Origin: Setoptus koraiensis
Taxonomy: Eukaryota; Animalia; Arthropoda
Direction of reading: 5' to 3'
Length of the DNA: 64,000 bases
Assembly: GCA_048013815.1 (NCBI GenBank)
Contig: CM106586.1
Span: forward strand, 6,634,001-6,698,000
Of this stretch, positions 22,680 through 36,425 are shown piece by piece (position 1 is the stretch's first letter; every line of letters begins with the position of its first letter). The position numbers were made by a program, and so were the translations under genes. Below the pieces are notes generated by a model. That model ran no database searches. It was not told where the DNA came from and worked only from the letters and a program-made list of their open reading frames with translations.

Positions 22680-25600
22680 ATGTCGACTAGGCACGCAACA
22701 GTATGCGTGTTAATTACGCAATCATTGTTACTGGCTCTTGTCACGGCCTTGAACGCAGCAACGAACACGCCAGCAGGAACAAGCATCAGCAAATTGCAGA
22801 GTGATCAGCCACCATCCGCGTTTATCAACTCCAATTCTAGTCCAGTGCCAATTTGGCGACAGCAACAACTGCAGCAGCAGCAGCACCACCACCACAGTTC
22901 GAACACGCCACACCGAACCAGACGGCACGATGGCAATCGCAACAGCAATTCAGGGCCCAGCAGCAAAGGTGAGTTACCGGTAACGCGTGCAGTCTCTTCC
23001 CCTCTCTTTGTCCAATGGAAAACTAGAACAACTTTTTCGTCCGTGAAACAACAGCAGCGATCATGTGGCGGTCAGTGGGTATGAAATTTGTCATGGGCAA
23101 GAATTGATCTGGCACAGAATTTACTAGGTTAGGCTAACGCAGGTTTACTGGGGTTCTTTACGAATGCGCGAATAGTGTGTGTGTGTGTGCAGTATTCCTT
23201 CTTTCTGTGTTCCTTGTAACTACCCCCGATGCGCACCGAAACAGCGGTAGAACATTTTTTGAGAGTGCCATTGTAGAAAAGAGAAGCTGGGGAATTAGTT
23301 GGCAGTGTCGTTGGCATTGTTGGTGACCGATGAAGAAGAAGAAGAGGCAACAATGGCAACTACTGAGTTGTCGCTCATTCAAATCGCCGATCGTGTCAAA
23401 TGACGTGCTTCTGCTGCCCGTGCATCTGGCGTTATGTTGTTATTGTTTGGCCGTCCTTTCACAAGTCGAACTGTTTGGCTTCCAATTGGTCCAGTTCGTT
23501 GATATGACTCGAGTGACAAGATGGTATCATCGTGCCCTACAGTACAGCGGTCGTTTTCGTTGTCCTTGCGTTCGTTGGATATTTCACGTTTGTTAACACT
23601 TTTCAATGATGTGTGTGTGTGCCGCCGCTAGCACTCGTTATTGTTTGCTCACTAATGCGCGTCGGCCAGCAGTTCTTATCCGCATTATGCAGCAGTTGGT
23701 AGCCCCCTCTTGCCGCAAACGAAAGAACCAACCAATAAGAAAGAGTAGCAGGCATATGTCGTGGCGAATGCAGATGCACGCACAAACACGGATGAAACTG
23801 GTGCACATACAGCCACTATAAGGCATTATCTTAAATATAAATATAAAATGGAAACGGAACAAAAGATATATGGCCACCGTTCCGATCGATCAACGTGGAA
23901 AACGATCGAAAGCACGCCATTCAGCCTTACAAAGGCACAGTGAGAGAGATTTACCATGCAAAGCAACGGTGATAGAAAAGCTCCCACTTTGTGCGTGTGT
24001 TTCTGGGAGATAGTGCCAATTTGGCTGATAGTTTTAAGTGATTCATTTTCATTCATTGTGCTGGGTACTTTAGTAACCAAAGAGAATCACATTATTATTG
24101 TTGCTAGCATCATTGTGCCGTGCCATTGCGAAGCGCTATGTCGCTGGGCCCAGAGCCTTTCGTCGACGATATTCATCCATTATTATTATTGTTGTTGTTG
24201 TTGTTGTCGCTTGTTTCATCGACCACGATACCAAGCAACCAATTTGAATTGTCTATTGAACTGCACAACAACGACGATGGCAACAACACAACGTGAAGCA
24301 AAGTGAATCTGCAAAGGTGTGCATGTCATTAATGTATTCATGTGATTCGTTGTTGTTGCCTACAGTGCGTGTTTGCCGCTTATTCTATCAAAGAGCCATT
24401 AATTTTTGCCCCACTACCACTTTGGTATTCTTTTTAGGTTCTGGTTTTGGCCCTGGTTGTGTTTTTGGCTGCTAGTTGCTGGCATAGTTCTTTCAGTTCA
24501 CTGAGTGCTGACAATGCAATAGGGATAGATGCCATAGACAGACACGCAGAGGGGGGGGGAGCGATCTTTTGATCATTGTTTGTGATGAATAGATTCGCTT
24601 CTTCTTCCTCCATCTCTGATGTTGTGCGTCTATCCATCTTTTCTATAAAATATAAGAGTTTCCTATTTAGAGTTGGAGCCAACTAACAACAAGATACTAG
24701 CTCCCTCTCACTCTCTTTTATGCGTTCATCGAGGATGGCCGCTATCTCTCACGAGGACCAGCGTTGGCCAGCGAGAGCGATGGAGAGAGAGAGAGAGGTT
24801 TCCACTGGGAGGAGAAAAGTTGCAAGTTGTGTGCCAGCGTGTGTCTATCTGCGTGCGTATATATAAAGTAGATTCTTTTGTGTTTGTGTTGCTGGCGTCG
24901 TGGTCGCTGTTATCCCATCGGTTATTTATGGACCATAGACAATTAGTGTCTAGCGCTGGTATTGTTGCCTGGCAGTGGTCGGTGGTGATGGAAGTGCCTT
25001 ACGTCGCTTGTCGCGCAGATATATCACTCTCAAGTTAGTGAGTTGTAAAGTTGCCTTGTTTGCCAACAAGCGCGTCTGACATGCTGTTCGAACTCGGAAC
25101 GTTGTCGTGCGGGTGTGTGTGTGTGTGTGTGGAAATTGGGTGACCGACTGACAGTGTTGTGTTTATGAGCGCCGTCTCCACGGGTTACGTGCCGTTCCGT
25201 TTCTCACAATGGTCGCGCTTGCATCATTTTGCATGTACGTTTTATATGTCCTCTGTTCTGGTTTGTGGCCGGCCGGCCGGGCGTACTGAGGGCGCGCAAT
25301 TGGTGGTTACGGCACACTAATCATGGCGAAAATAATAATTTGATGATAGAATCCGTCCGCTCGTTAAGATTTGAATAGCGAATTGTCAAGTCGTCATGTG
25401 TGTGTGTTATCTGCGAACGTAATATACTGTTACAGTAATACTACAGTCACTGTAGTACAGTGTTACGTTGGCAGCAGTAGCATCACGCGTAATAGATACG
25501 CGATACAGCAAAGTGCGTTTGTTTGCTCGCGCACTGGCACAGTTTTAATTGTAACTTATCATTGTCATTATCATCGGGCGTGGTCTGGTCGTGTTCGGTC

Positions 25601-28600
25601 TGTTACACCGTGGCGCTCGGTGTGCGCCTGCTGATGGCAGCCAGATAGATGATGCATTGCTGGCCATTAGTTGGCGCAGCGATGCCCCGCTGCCGGCCCC
25701 ATTAGACGAGCGGTTTGTTCGACAATGGACCAAACTAAAAATGTGCGCGCCGACTTGACATTGGTCTGAACGCGCACTTAATGAGCGGCAGCACAACATT
25801 CTGTTGTCGCGTTCGAGTGTCTCAAGTGGCCGCGTAGCATCAGCATGTTGCTACACGGGCGCTGTTACTGTGACACTGTTACTGTGACACTGTTACGGCA
25901 GAACTCGACTCGTGAGTCAGCAGTGCCGACCCGCAGCGGCCAGCAATGGAGTTAGCGCTGCCTGTAGGCACTAATGGCGGCCAAAATGGCCGCCGCCTGC
26001 AGACGGCGATGTCACTTAGGTTTGATTTGTGGTGAGACCGAGCGAATCTCGAGAGCGACACGATGCGACGAGCCGCACGATGTGACGAGCCGCGCACGAG
26101 TGATAATGATGCCGCGCCAGCACTGGCAACAATTTACAATTATTGTCGGCGTGGCCGGCGCTGGCAACAATAATCGGCGCACTGCTTACCAGTGACTGGC
26201 ACTCGGCAATGAGTCGAATCGGCCCGATCGAACCTAATCGAATTTGCATTGTTGGCCGCTCGTTGATTGCGCTGTCTGTTTGGGACGCGCTGCGTTTGAA
26301 CACACACTGTCTGCTTGACACACACGCACGCACCGCCTTTGAGAGCCCCAAATTGAGACACACGCACCGCGCTCGAGACACACGCACGGCCCGTGTGACA
26401 CGGGCGAGTATCACTTGGCGAACTTTTGCTCGGCGAACTTTTGCTCGGCGAACTTTTGCGCCTCGCTCAATGTGTGTCGCGAGCAAACTCGCGCAGTTGA
26501 GCCCCGGCCGCCCGAGTCACTCGGGCCGAGTGTCGATGGGCGTAAGTACACAACTGGCCAGCGGCACCGGACCGAACTTCAGTTGCCGAACTTCGGTTGC
26601 CGAACTTTAGTTGCTGAAGTGGCCCGGTCCGAGCGCCATCAATCAACGTGCCCGCTCGCCGGCGAGCGGCGCGGTCCGCGGCCATTAGGCCGGCCTACAC
26701 ACGCCGCAACACAGCAGCGCGCCGTGCAGTTGTGCGCGGCTCAACCGTTGAGCCCCAACGCCGGACTCAATTGGCCGAGAGCGACAGAGAGCGAGAGCGG
26801 CTCTCAGAGAGTCTCTCAGAGAGCGCCTCTCAGAGAGAGAGCAGCTCGCAAAAAGAGCCGCGCCAATTCGATTCTGGCGCTGGCCCTTGAGCCGTATGCA
26901 AATGATGCAATTAGATCGCCGCTCACAATGGGCCCACTGTGAGTGCCACAAACTGTGGCCCACAGTGGGCCCATTGTGATGGCATGCGCTGTGCGAGCGG
27001 CGGGCCAGACACTGGAGCGAGTGAAGCGTCGAACCGGCACAGAGTCGCCATTAATCATCAGTGGCACCACTTAATTGCAACCAATCACTTGGCTCGCCTA
27101 CCTATATGGCGCATGTATAATATGCGCGCGCGCGTTGATAATCAATGCTTGATTGGTGTGTTCGCATGTTCGCGCCGCTCTCGCGAGCAGGTGGCTGCGG
27201 GCCGCCATCGGGCGCAGGTTCTATCGGTGCGCCCAAGTTCCGCGATCGCGAACGAAACACGACAGACAATGGAGGTTGGCACGAACGGGTTTGCCGGTCA
27301 CGAAGCGTTTACGTGCAAGCACTTGTAAACGGCAACCAATTTCGCTTAAATCGGAATTTGTTATAATCGTGCGAAGGCAAGCAGGGGAGAGGCGCACAGA
27401 GAGGATTTATCGGCACCGAACAGGGCCATAAAGCAGCAATATAAAACTGTATAATTAAAAGTGGCGACGCCAACTTTTTTGCGCCTGTGCCGGTCCATTA
27501 TTATCGCGGCAGGTCCGCGGGTGCTTGCGCCCGGCCGGCCGCACCGCGGATCCACGCCGCGCCGACCGGACTCGTCGGCACTGGCCGCTGACGGCTCTGG
27601 CTGCTGTCGGCACTGGCTGCGGCCCGAAGCCGACAGCAGCGACGGCAGCCCGACAGCGGCAGCGGCAACGGCGGTGCCAGAAAAACAATACCCGCAACAA
27701 AAGAGCGAACGGCAACATTAGCGGCGCCATCGGGAGGCCAAAGTTCGATCGCCGGACACAAGGAGCAAAAAGAGTTGGGCTAGAGTTACAATGGCAATTA
27801 GCGTCGGTTGTTGTATGCATGCCAGACACAACAAATATACAAATGCACGCAAATGTAACATGTACATGCACGCCGGACACAGTAGAATCCAGTGAGTAGA
27901 TGGATGCACCACGCCGGACCATTATGGCCGCTCATTTGCAAGCCAGTGGCAGCACCCAAAGCGCACACATCCTTTCCCAGACGCACACACATGGGTTAGA
28001 TACAGATAAAATGATACCAAATGTAGCGACACACATATACACAGATAAAATGTAGATGACCGGATAGATAGCGCCCGTGTGAGTGTTTGTATGTGTGTCT
28101 ATATAGATTACTATCGCAATTTGCGAACATCATCGAATAACACCACTCACACCGTGATACTATCACTCCACTGTTAGGTATCTATGCGCGTCGCCAACAG
28201 CAACGACAACAACAGCGACAACAGCGACGACAGCGACAACAGCGACAACGCTGCTCGTATCTATCGGCGGGTGCCATCAACTGGTCGTTATCGGCACCAG
28301 CAGAGGGTGCCGGTATGTGTTGGCGCAGTGTCCCACGTAACTTGACTCGATACTATCCAGCTGAATATCCAGCTGAAAATAGCAACGCAACCTATAACCC
28401 GATTTGAGAGCAACCTCTAACGACTATTCTTTTCTTTTCTTTTCACTCCGTCCAACCACCGCCACCGTCACAAAACTATTTCCAATTTCAACAACAAAAC
28501 AAACAAATTTTCTACGCCTATACGACATGCCGCTGCCGCCGTCGCCACTTGATGATGGATACAAATAAATGGATTTTAACCGAACGCGGCCCGAATTGCA

Positions 28601-31600
28601 CTCGGGGGCTTGCTCGTTGCCTCATCATCATCCATGCCATGTGCACGCATCCACTAATGAATCGTAAACTGGACCAAACAAACCACGTCGTAACGTTCAC
28701 GTCCTCCTATCATCATCAGGCTACGCACCAACCATTTTAGTGAGCGAGGACGCCGTCGTGCAGACAGTCGAATTGCACAAGTCGCACGTTATAGAATGCG
28801 TGCACGAGGCAGAGCCAACTGCAACTGTTGTCTGGTACCATAACAATGAACCTATTGAAACCGACGGGCATCATCATCAAGCTTTGGGCAGCGAATTAGT
28901 GTTTCTGGAGACCAGTGAACACGATGAAGGCATCTATCGTTGCAAGGCCTCTAATAAGTTTGGCAGTGCCACCAGTCCAGAGTTTAGTTTGAGCGTCACA
29001 AAGCCAAGTAAGTGCAACATACTTTTCTGCCCATTTATGGGCCAACATTATCTAATGCAGCATCTCCGCTCCGCTTGTATCTATTTGCACCATCTATAAT
29101 ATCATCTATATCCATGTCTATTCAAGATAGATTAGCACGCAATCAGCGAAATCGGCACTTATATTCTTGCCCAATGTCCGATATTCTCCTATCCTCCGAT
29201 GCTGGTGTTGATGTTTGTAGTTGGTGTAGGCAACAAACTGTAGTTTTCTTGTTTGTGATGTTCATCATGTACCAGGCCAAACAGGCTACAGGCAAACACC
29301 ATAACGTAACGTGTGCACGTTACGCCGATGATGACTACCATGAACAAAGAGAAGCGATCGCATTCCAATTCAAATCGCCCTATCATTGTAATCTATCTAT
29401 CCGATTGCTCGATAATAGATACAATTGGTGGCGCATTAATAATTCTTTTAGGCCTCATTGCATCCGAAGCCGTGCCAACTTCTCACAAACAGCTTGTTTG
29501 AGAAAGAGCAACGGCAATTCCTATTTCTCTTAATGCTTAACAATGTTTCTGATATATATATATATATATATATCAAGCTTAGTAACTGGGCTTGATCGTG
29601 CTAGCTCATGACCATCTACTCACTAGCACGGCGACGGCGCTGGGCTAGTGAGGGATTTCTTTCTTTGTTAGGGCACAATATTAGCATTTACATTGGCACC
29701 CGGAGCCAGTGCTAGAAAGAAAGGGTCAGTGCACAAGAAATCTAGATTGCAGAGAAAAGGGGGCCCCCGCGTGTATTCAGACGGATCTAGGCAAAAAAGC
29801 GCTTTGGCGCGTGAATTAACACACACACACACACACACACAGCGAGTCTGCTGCTCTTTTTGATGGCTTCCTCTTTGCCCTACAATGTTCACCCAGAGGA
29901 AATTGTGAAGGGGGACAGCGCCTCCGTGACGCACAATTGCGATGAGATTCGAATCGGAAATGATGGGCCATAAAGTCCTTGTTTATTACCAGCTGAGGCC
30001 ACACACATATACAACAAATGCCAGATCTAACTCAAGGAAGGGGGAAGGGAGAGAGAGAGAGAGCGAGCCACCATTGTTGTCATTGTTGTTGTGTTGGTGG
30101 TCGGTTGTGGAACGTGCCAGCTGCGAGCGCGAGCGAGTCCAGTGTTCATGACTGACCATCACAATTGGTGGTGCAAGCAACTAAATCAAGAAGCTGTTGT
30201 TGTTGCTGGTGTAGTCTCTATTGAAAAAGAGAGAAAGACTTGCAAATCACAACAATCGCCGCAACAGTATAACATTGTTAGCCGTGATCAGTGGGGTGGT
30301 CCTTTGAGTTTGTTCTTCTTTGATTATAAGTATTTTATGTGTTATGTTCCTATGCACAGAGCATCATTCAAATCCCTGCGGAGGCCCACTGCAATAAGCT
30401 ACAGGACAGATTGATCCTCCGGCCTATCCTCGCCCAAACTCAACGTATACCGTTACAACTCACTTGATGAATAAACTTTCCTTCGTACAACCAACAACAA
30501 AAACAAAGACAAGTTGAGAACAACGTGGTTCCCCTTATTTCAGCGCACATTGATGCTCGGAAACAAGGATAACCAAGTTGTGGCAGTAACGGTGGCACCC
30601 ATTCATCATTGATCATGTCTGGGGGTGGGCGACTTCATTATTGGGCACTTGAACCTTTTAATGCAACTCTCAGCGCAATGATGGTCGGTTCATAGCCAGC
30701 AAACTTGCCAGCCACCATCAGCCAACAAATAAGTGGGGGCCGACCACCACATTACGGCTACGGCGCTACGGATACGGCTGGTGTGTCGCAGCTGGTGCAC
30801 CACCGCTGGCACCATTGCACGTTTTTATACCGTTTGAACTGTTGTTAGAAACCAGAATTGGCACAGTATTGAGTAGTGGCATTGTCATTCTGGCAAACAA
30901 CTGCAAATCGGGAGAAAAATAAAGCAAACAAATAGTAGTTATTAAGTAGCGCTGGTTGTACCTATTACTATACCATTGCGACCGCTAAAGCTGCTGTTGC
31001 TATTCCCAAATGATGGTGCCCAGTTATTGTTTACATTATTGGCCGACCAGTGACTACCCATAGGTACCTATAGGTAGCTTACATCAGGTTTGATTTGAGC
31101 AAATAGCACCATAAACAACCCGAATGTTTGTTTATTTCCTTCTCCTCTTGCCAAATACACGACGAACTAAGTCAGGTCGTTTTGGATTTCCCTTCCATGT
31201 TTTTGTTGGCACAATGGCACAAAAGTATACCAAGCTCGTTGCCCTCTAAGCGACACCAGTGCTAAATCGGCGTCGAGACGCAACTAACAAGACCGTTATC
31301 CGATTGCGAATGTGCGACAGTTCGATCATTATTTTTTTAAGTGACATAAGATAAAGAGAAGGGCGAGCGGAGCTAGTTCAGCTGGAGCCCTAAACTAACG
31401 GAACCCGTCTATCATTAGTTTCGGAGAGACAAGAGACTTCAGAGCACACCCACAAGTGAGGTGCTGGCGCTCGCCTCTATGTGTATGCTGTTCGCAATTT
31501 GTCGTCGAAATTCAGTTAGTAACTGTATCGAGAGGGCTTATGGCTCACTAATCCCGGTCGCATTTACTATACTATCAATTTGGCATAAACTTCTGCTAAC

Positions 31601-34600
31601 TCATTAGTGCAAAACTAGTTGGCAACATAAGCAATAACAACAACTAGACAACTAGCATTGGTTGATGCATTATACAAATACGCAATTTCAATCACCACCA
31701 GCAGTGCCAGCGATCCGAAACAGAGCCCGTCCAACTCCCCCACAACCAGATATATATAAGCCCGGGTAATCTCTTGGTTTTTCCCCCTCTTTGTATGATA
31801 TTTGTATGTCTCATGTCTAATACACAAATCTGGCAACTAGCGATTGGACAGCGAGTTAGCTGGTAGCAATTGGCCAGTTGCGGGCCTAGTAATGAAATAA
31901 TCTAGTTACGCTATAGTACCAGTGATATAGTAGTGACGATGGTTCCCAGCGACCCAGAGCAGTCCTCAAATAATGATGTACATGATTTATGATGCAACCA
32001 CCACTCTCATCTCAATGATGTGTGTCCGGAATTGAATCTCTGTGCGCTCATAGGCCTACAGAGAGATTATGATGACCATTAAATCTCAGTAGTAGCCTCT
32101 GGACAAGTCTAGTTTTTACCCAAGGGGGGGGGGAATACTCTGGATTCGGGGCTAGTTTAGTGGTTGTTACGCAGTAGCTGTGTGGACAACAAAAATGACA
32201 AGCTTTGTAGGCTGACATAAGTGCGCCCCACGAGTAACTAACAACGAATCTGGCTCGACTTTACTCGGCTCAGCCAACCAGCTAGACAGCTATTATTGGC
32301 CCCTTTGTGCGAGCTTGCATCTTCTTGTTACTTTTGCAATTTAGTGTGATATTGTAAATTGATCATTGTGTACTTTATCTTTAGCAATCAGGACAGAGAT
32401 TGATGTATTCCATCCAATTGTTATGCCATCTAAATGGCCCCTCTGCTTTCCGACTAAAAATGTAATCAAACAAGCATGCCTGGGTCCTCTCTTTTGCTAT
32501 TATTTCTAATAACTTTTTTTTTCTTCCGCACACAACAACAAAAACCGATCTATCCCAACCTCACCCTACACCCTCATCACAAACTTTTCATACAAACTTG
32601 AGCAGACAAGCCACCACAGATTAATCACATCAGGCAACACAATGTTAGGCCGTCAATTAAATTTGAATCGAGCGTTGTGAAAGGAAATAAGCCTATGGAT
32701 ATTGTTTGCGAGGCTCCCAATGATGAGAAGATTATATGGAAAGTGAACGATCGCCAATTTTTTGCTCAAACGACCCAGACTAGCGAGGATCCCGCTAGAA
32801 ATAGCTTCCAATATTCAGTACAAGATAATCAGTTCGCATTCGATCAGAGAATAGGCAATCTAATGGCTAACAACCAAAGAGAATATATTTTAACAATGTT
32901 ACTTAAACATTCTGCTGCCACTCACTCGCAGCATCATATCAGCATCAACATAACATGCGCCTATCAATATGTCAAAGAGGGTGCATTCAAATGGATGAAT
33001 TCAGATCCAGGACAATTGGTCGTGATAAGCCAAGGTGAGTCACTAGTTCTCAAACTCTCTTGCGACTCGTCGTATCCAACTAAAACTAATACTAGAAGCT
33101 CTCTCACTAACCTCTATGACTTCCGTTCGTTTTATTCTATATTGACACTGATAGATACCTCCGTCAGAAACTATTCAGATGTTGGCCAAAATGGCACATA
33201 TCGAGTACCTATTGATATAGACATGGCTCCACCTTTCGAGAATCTCATCAATGGTAGCATCAACGGTTTCAATAGGTCTTTGCTAACAAACATACTGGAG
33301 ACATCTGAAAAACCGGGCACGCTATGGAACGTCCACGACAGATTTGTTTCTATGACTCGTCAACACTTTATACCAGTAGTATTAGTTCCCACCTTAGTTT
33401 TGATTACATTAATCATGTTAGTGATATTATTTGTGTGGCGCCGTCGTTTAGCTGCACGCGAAACTAGTGCTTATAAGCGCGATCAACAACATCACAAGTC
33501 CTACCAGCGTCACTTTCAGGTTCAGGCCCCTCTTCAAAATAATCTATATCCGCCCGGTTATTATCCATACGCACAACAAGACAAACAGATTCCATATATT
33601 CCATCTCAAATGAAGGCGACGCACCATAGGTCGCATGATTTAGGCAAATCATTACGAACAAATAAAACCTGGAGTTTGTTTCCTTCATCGAAGAAACACA
33701 CCCAACTGATCAATCCGTTCATGGGTGCTGATTCCAGACAATTGTCTATGATAAACAACGCCCAATGCTATCCATCTCTCAATGGAAGTTCCAGGGGAAT
33801 AGATTTGCTGCCCAGAATACTTCATTCTAGTTTAAGTCAAAACAATTTTGCAACAGCCTACTCTACTAATTACATCGATATGCGATGCGCGACACCGCAA
33901 CAAAATTCCAATCAAGGTGATCAATTTTTGGCATCGCAACATAGGATCAATCAGCAATTTGTCATGGATTCCGACCAATCTAGGTTTGCAAATAATAATA
34001 ATCAAACGGCCATGATGCACTCAACTAGTAAAAATGTGATGTATGATGCACCCTCGGATGGAACTACTCCAACTTCGACATCATCGGCCTCATCTCTGAC
34101 AAACACTATCAGTGGTCAGGTAATCAATAGGCCAGCTAATCTAAAAGGTGGTAGCCAATCTATTTTGACAAGTAATAATACCTATTTGTCTGGTGACATA
34201 AAACGTTCGTCGGATGACAAAAAAATGGTCACCAACTATGATCCCTACAGCCTGGATCAGAGAACATTCAAGGATTCTGATCATCATTATTCAACTATTG
34301 CTGAGGCTAACAATAAATGTCCTGATAATAATCAAATGGATGCCTGCTACGAGGATCTTGATCGACATCAAGTGGCTCGAAACTATTTGGGAACCCAAAC
34401 CATCAATAAAAACCAGATTTCAGTTGTTGGAAACCAAGTCGTTCCTGGGGAATCTTTTGGTACAAATGATAGCTTCAGGTCGAGAATATCATCTTTTCTG
34501 GCACATCAAAATAATGGCAAGAGAAACAGCGGTGCCTCTTCTTCGACACGATCCTCCAGATCTGCATCAAAATTCAATCATACAAATAATGGCACTTATG

Positions 34601-34764
34601 ATAATCAGCAACAGCAGCCCCATCCATATGCAGTTGCTTCTATACGGGGCGTCACACCGACCCCACCACCGCCACCTATGAGTGAAGCAATGAAGACACT
34701 CAATGAGCAGTTCAATTTGGACCAACTTATCATATTTAATAATAATGGCATCAATGGGGGTTGA
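22680..34764 (+). CDS. Type I Ig-superfamily receptor (signal peptide, I-set Ig, divergent Ig, TM, about 440-aa Tyr/Pro-motif tail), 3 exons, about 911 aa
   Basis: Exons 22680-22968 (signal peptide VCVLITQSLLLALVTALNA), 28720-29007 (IEC..VVWY..DEGIYRCKASNKFG) and 32606-34764 (IVC..IIWK..ITC; TM FIPVVLVPTLVLITLIMLVILFVW then RRR). Both introns are phase 1; total 2736 nt. Additional small exons in the long introns cannot be excluded. Confidence 0.8.
26417..26459. repeat. 15-bp tandem repeat ggcgaacttttgctc, about 3 copies
   Basis: Units at 26417, 26432, 26447. Confidence 0.9.
26572..26613. repeat. 14-bp tandem repeat ccgaacttcagttg, 3 copies
   Basis: Units at 26572, 26586, 26600; shares the CGAACTT core with the 26417 array. 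Confidence 0.85.
26923..26979. repeat. Perfect 19-bp inverted repeat forming a 57-nt hairpin
   Basis: tcacaatgggcccactgtg (26923-26941) and cacagtgggcccattgtga (26961-26979). The spacer holds an inner stem gccaca-aac-tgtggc. Confidence 0.9.
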
Positions 34765-35276
34765 ATTTGCACAGCTAGTTCTATCTTTTGCTACACATAC
34801 CATTTATCTCGGCAATCGATGTATCTGTAGCATAAATTTACATAGATTCCAGTTACATGAAAACCGCGTCGAGCTATCTTTCGGGTGTAAATAGATCTAC
34901 CGGATCAAATTAGTTGTTGATTGTTAATTATGAATAGAAGATTCCTGATGATAAATGAATAAATACATCAAATTTTTAAGTCAGTTATACCTTCATCGAT
35001 GAATATATGTATTTTTTTTTTCTACCAAGAGTAATGAAATGTACCGATGACTCCATAAACGAGAGAGCAACTTGCTATATGTCTCACCAGCGAGCAAGCT
35101 TTCGTACCATGCATGCTGGCAACGTAGTTTCGGGGCTTGGTGAGCACTTATCTCTATTTATTGTTCAATGGATCAATTGAGAAGCAATTTACAAGATTTC
35201 GAAATTGCAAAGTAGTTTCAGTCATATATATATATATACCTGCTTCCAATGTGAGCTGCTTATACCAGCTAAGCGC

Positions 35277-36005
35277 TCATCTTCGAGGTGTATAGTTAGT
35301 GTTTATTGAATTGCCATGAGGCAGTCCCACCACTGATGATTGTCCAACTCTCTGGCGAATATTGGTAGTTGATGCGGGTGGGATCGGCATCATATTCACC
35401 ATCATGGGTTTTCCATCTAAAAGTCTATTATGATAGACCTTTACAGCGCGGACAGCATCTCCGCTGTGCTGATATGTAACTAGAGCAGTAGTTTGGTTAA
35501 TCATATTGACAGCTGTCATTGATCCTACATCGCCAAACAGTTCTATTATATCTGATTGTGTTATGGTTGGTAATAGATTAGATATGAGGACGGAGGCGCT
35601 CTGATGTTCAATACCGTCCATGGCGAGGCCGTGGTGTGGCGGAGCTTGAGAAATAATATAAGTCGGTTGAGTAGCTTGTAGCTGTCGCTTAGATTGTTGT
35701 TGATTGTTATTGTTGTTGTTTCTTCTTGTGCTACCTCCTGATGGTTTGCCCCTATTATTCGTTGGTTGTTTGTTGTAACTACTCGGCTGTCCGCGAGTTC
35801 CACGTTTGGATGTGACACTCTTGCGTTTATTAATTTTGTTGGTCTTATTGCGCTTCGTCTTGACCAGAACCTCTCTAAGATCCTTGATCTTTGCTCCTGT
35901 TGTTTTTTTCTTGATGCCTGCAGTTTTAGTGCCTGGCTTTCGTCTGCCTTTGAGTTTATTCTTTCTTTTCTCGTCGATTTTTTTTCTCGCATCTGTAGGT
36001 GCCAT
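35277..36005 (-). CDS. POLDIP3: Polymerase delta-interacting protein 3 / SKAR-like RRM protein (242 aa)
   Basis: N-terminal DARKKI / DLREVL motifs, a basic low-complexity linker, and a C-terminal RRM (VLISNL..ITQSDIIELFGDVG..AVKVYHNRLLDGKPM) of the Aly/REF-POLDIP3 type. Confidence 0.75.
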   Translation of the reverse strand: MAPTDARKKIDEKRKNKLKGRRKPGTKTAGIKKKTTGAKIKDLREVLVKTKRNKTNKINKRKSVTSKRGTRGQPSSYNKQPTNNRGKPSGGSTRRNNNNNNQQQSKRQLQATQPTYIISQAPPHHGLAMDGIEHQSASVLISNLLPTITQSDIIELFGDVGSMTAVNMINQTTALVTYQHSGDAVRAVKVYHNRLLDGKPMMVNMMPIPPASTTNIRQRVGQSSVVGLPHGNSINTNYTPRR

Positions 36006-36425
36006 AGCTAGAGTTTATTAATATAAATCGATGGTATTTAAAAAAATTTTTTCCTTTTCCAAATTATTTAATTTAGTAGTAAAATAGTGATACTGAAGAA
36101 TTGAAGATGCTGAAAATAAATATTCCCTATGCCAACGGTTGCAGAGAAATATAAATGAATTGCAAATCATGTTACCAATTCATCCCCCGCGTTTCCCCTT
36201 GCGAGATTTGTATCATACGCGAGTGCGCATGCTCGAAGAGAACAAACACGTGAATCTGTGGATAACATATTCACATTTGCGCACAATATCGCTTTTCTGC
36301 ACATTTGTTGGTTCTGTGCAAAATTCTGTGCTCCACGGCTTCAGTCACACCTTTCGATGATTGCCGCGGATATAATCCAGTCGCATTCAACGAGCTGCAT
36401 CAATACTGCCTGTAGAACTACTCTG

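Noticed and set aside
23129-28000. Numerous ORFs in intron 1 of the Ig receptor
   Set aside because: They are products of microsatellites and GC-rich repeats, with no domain signatures.
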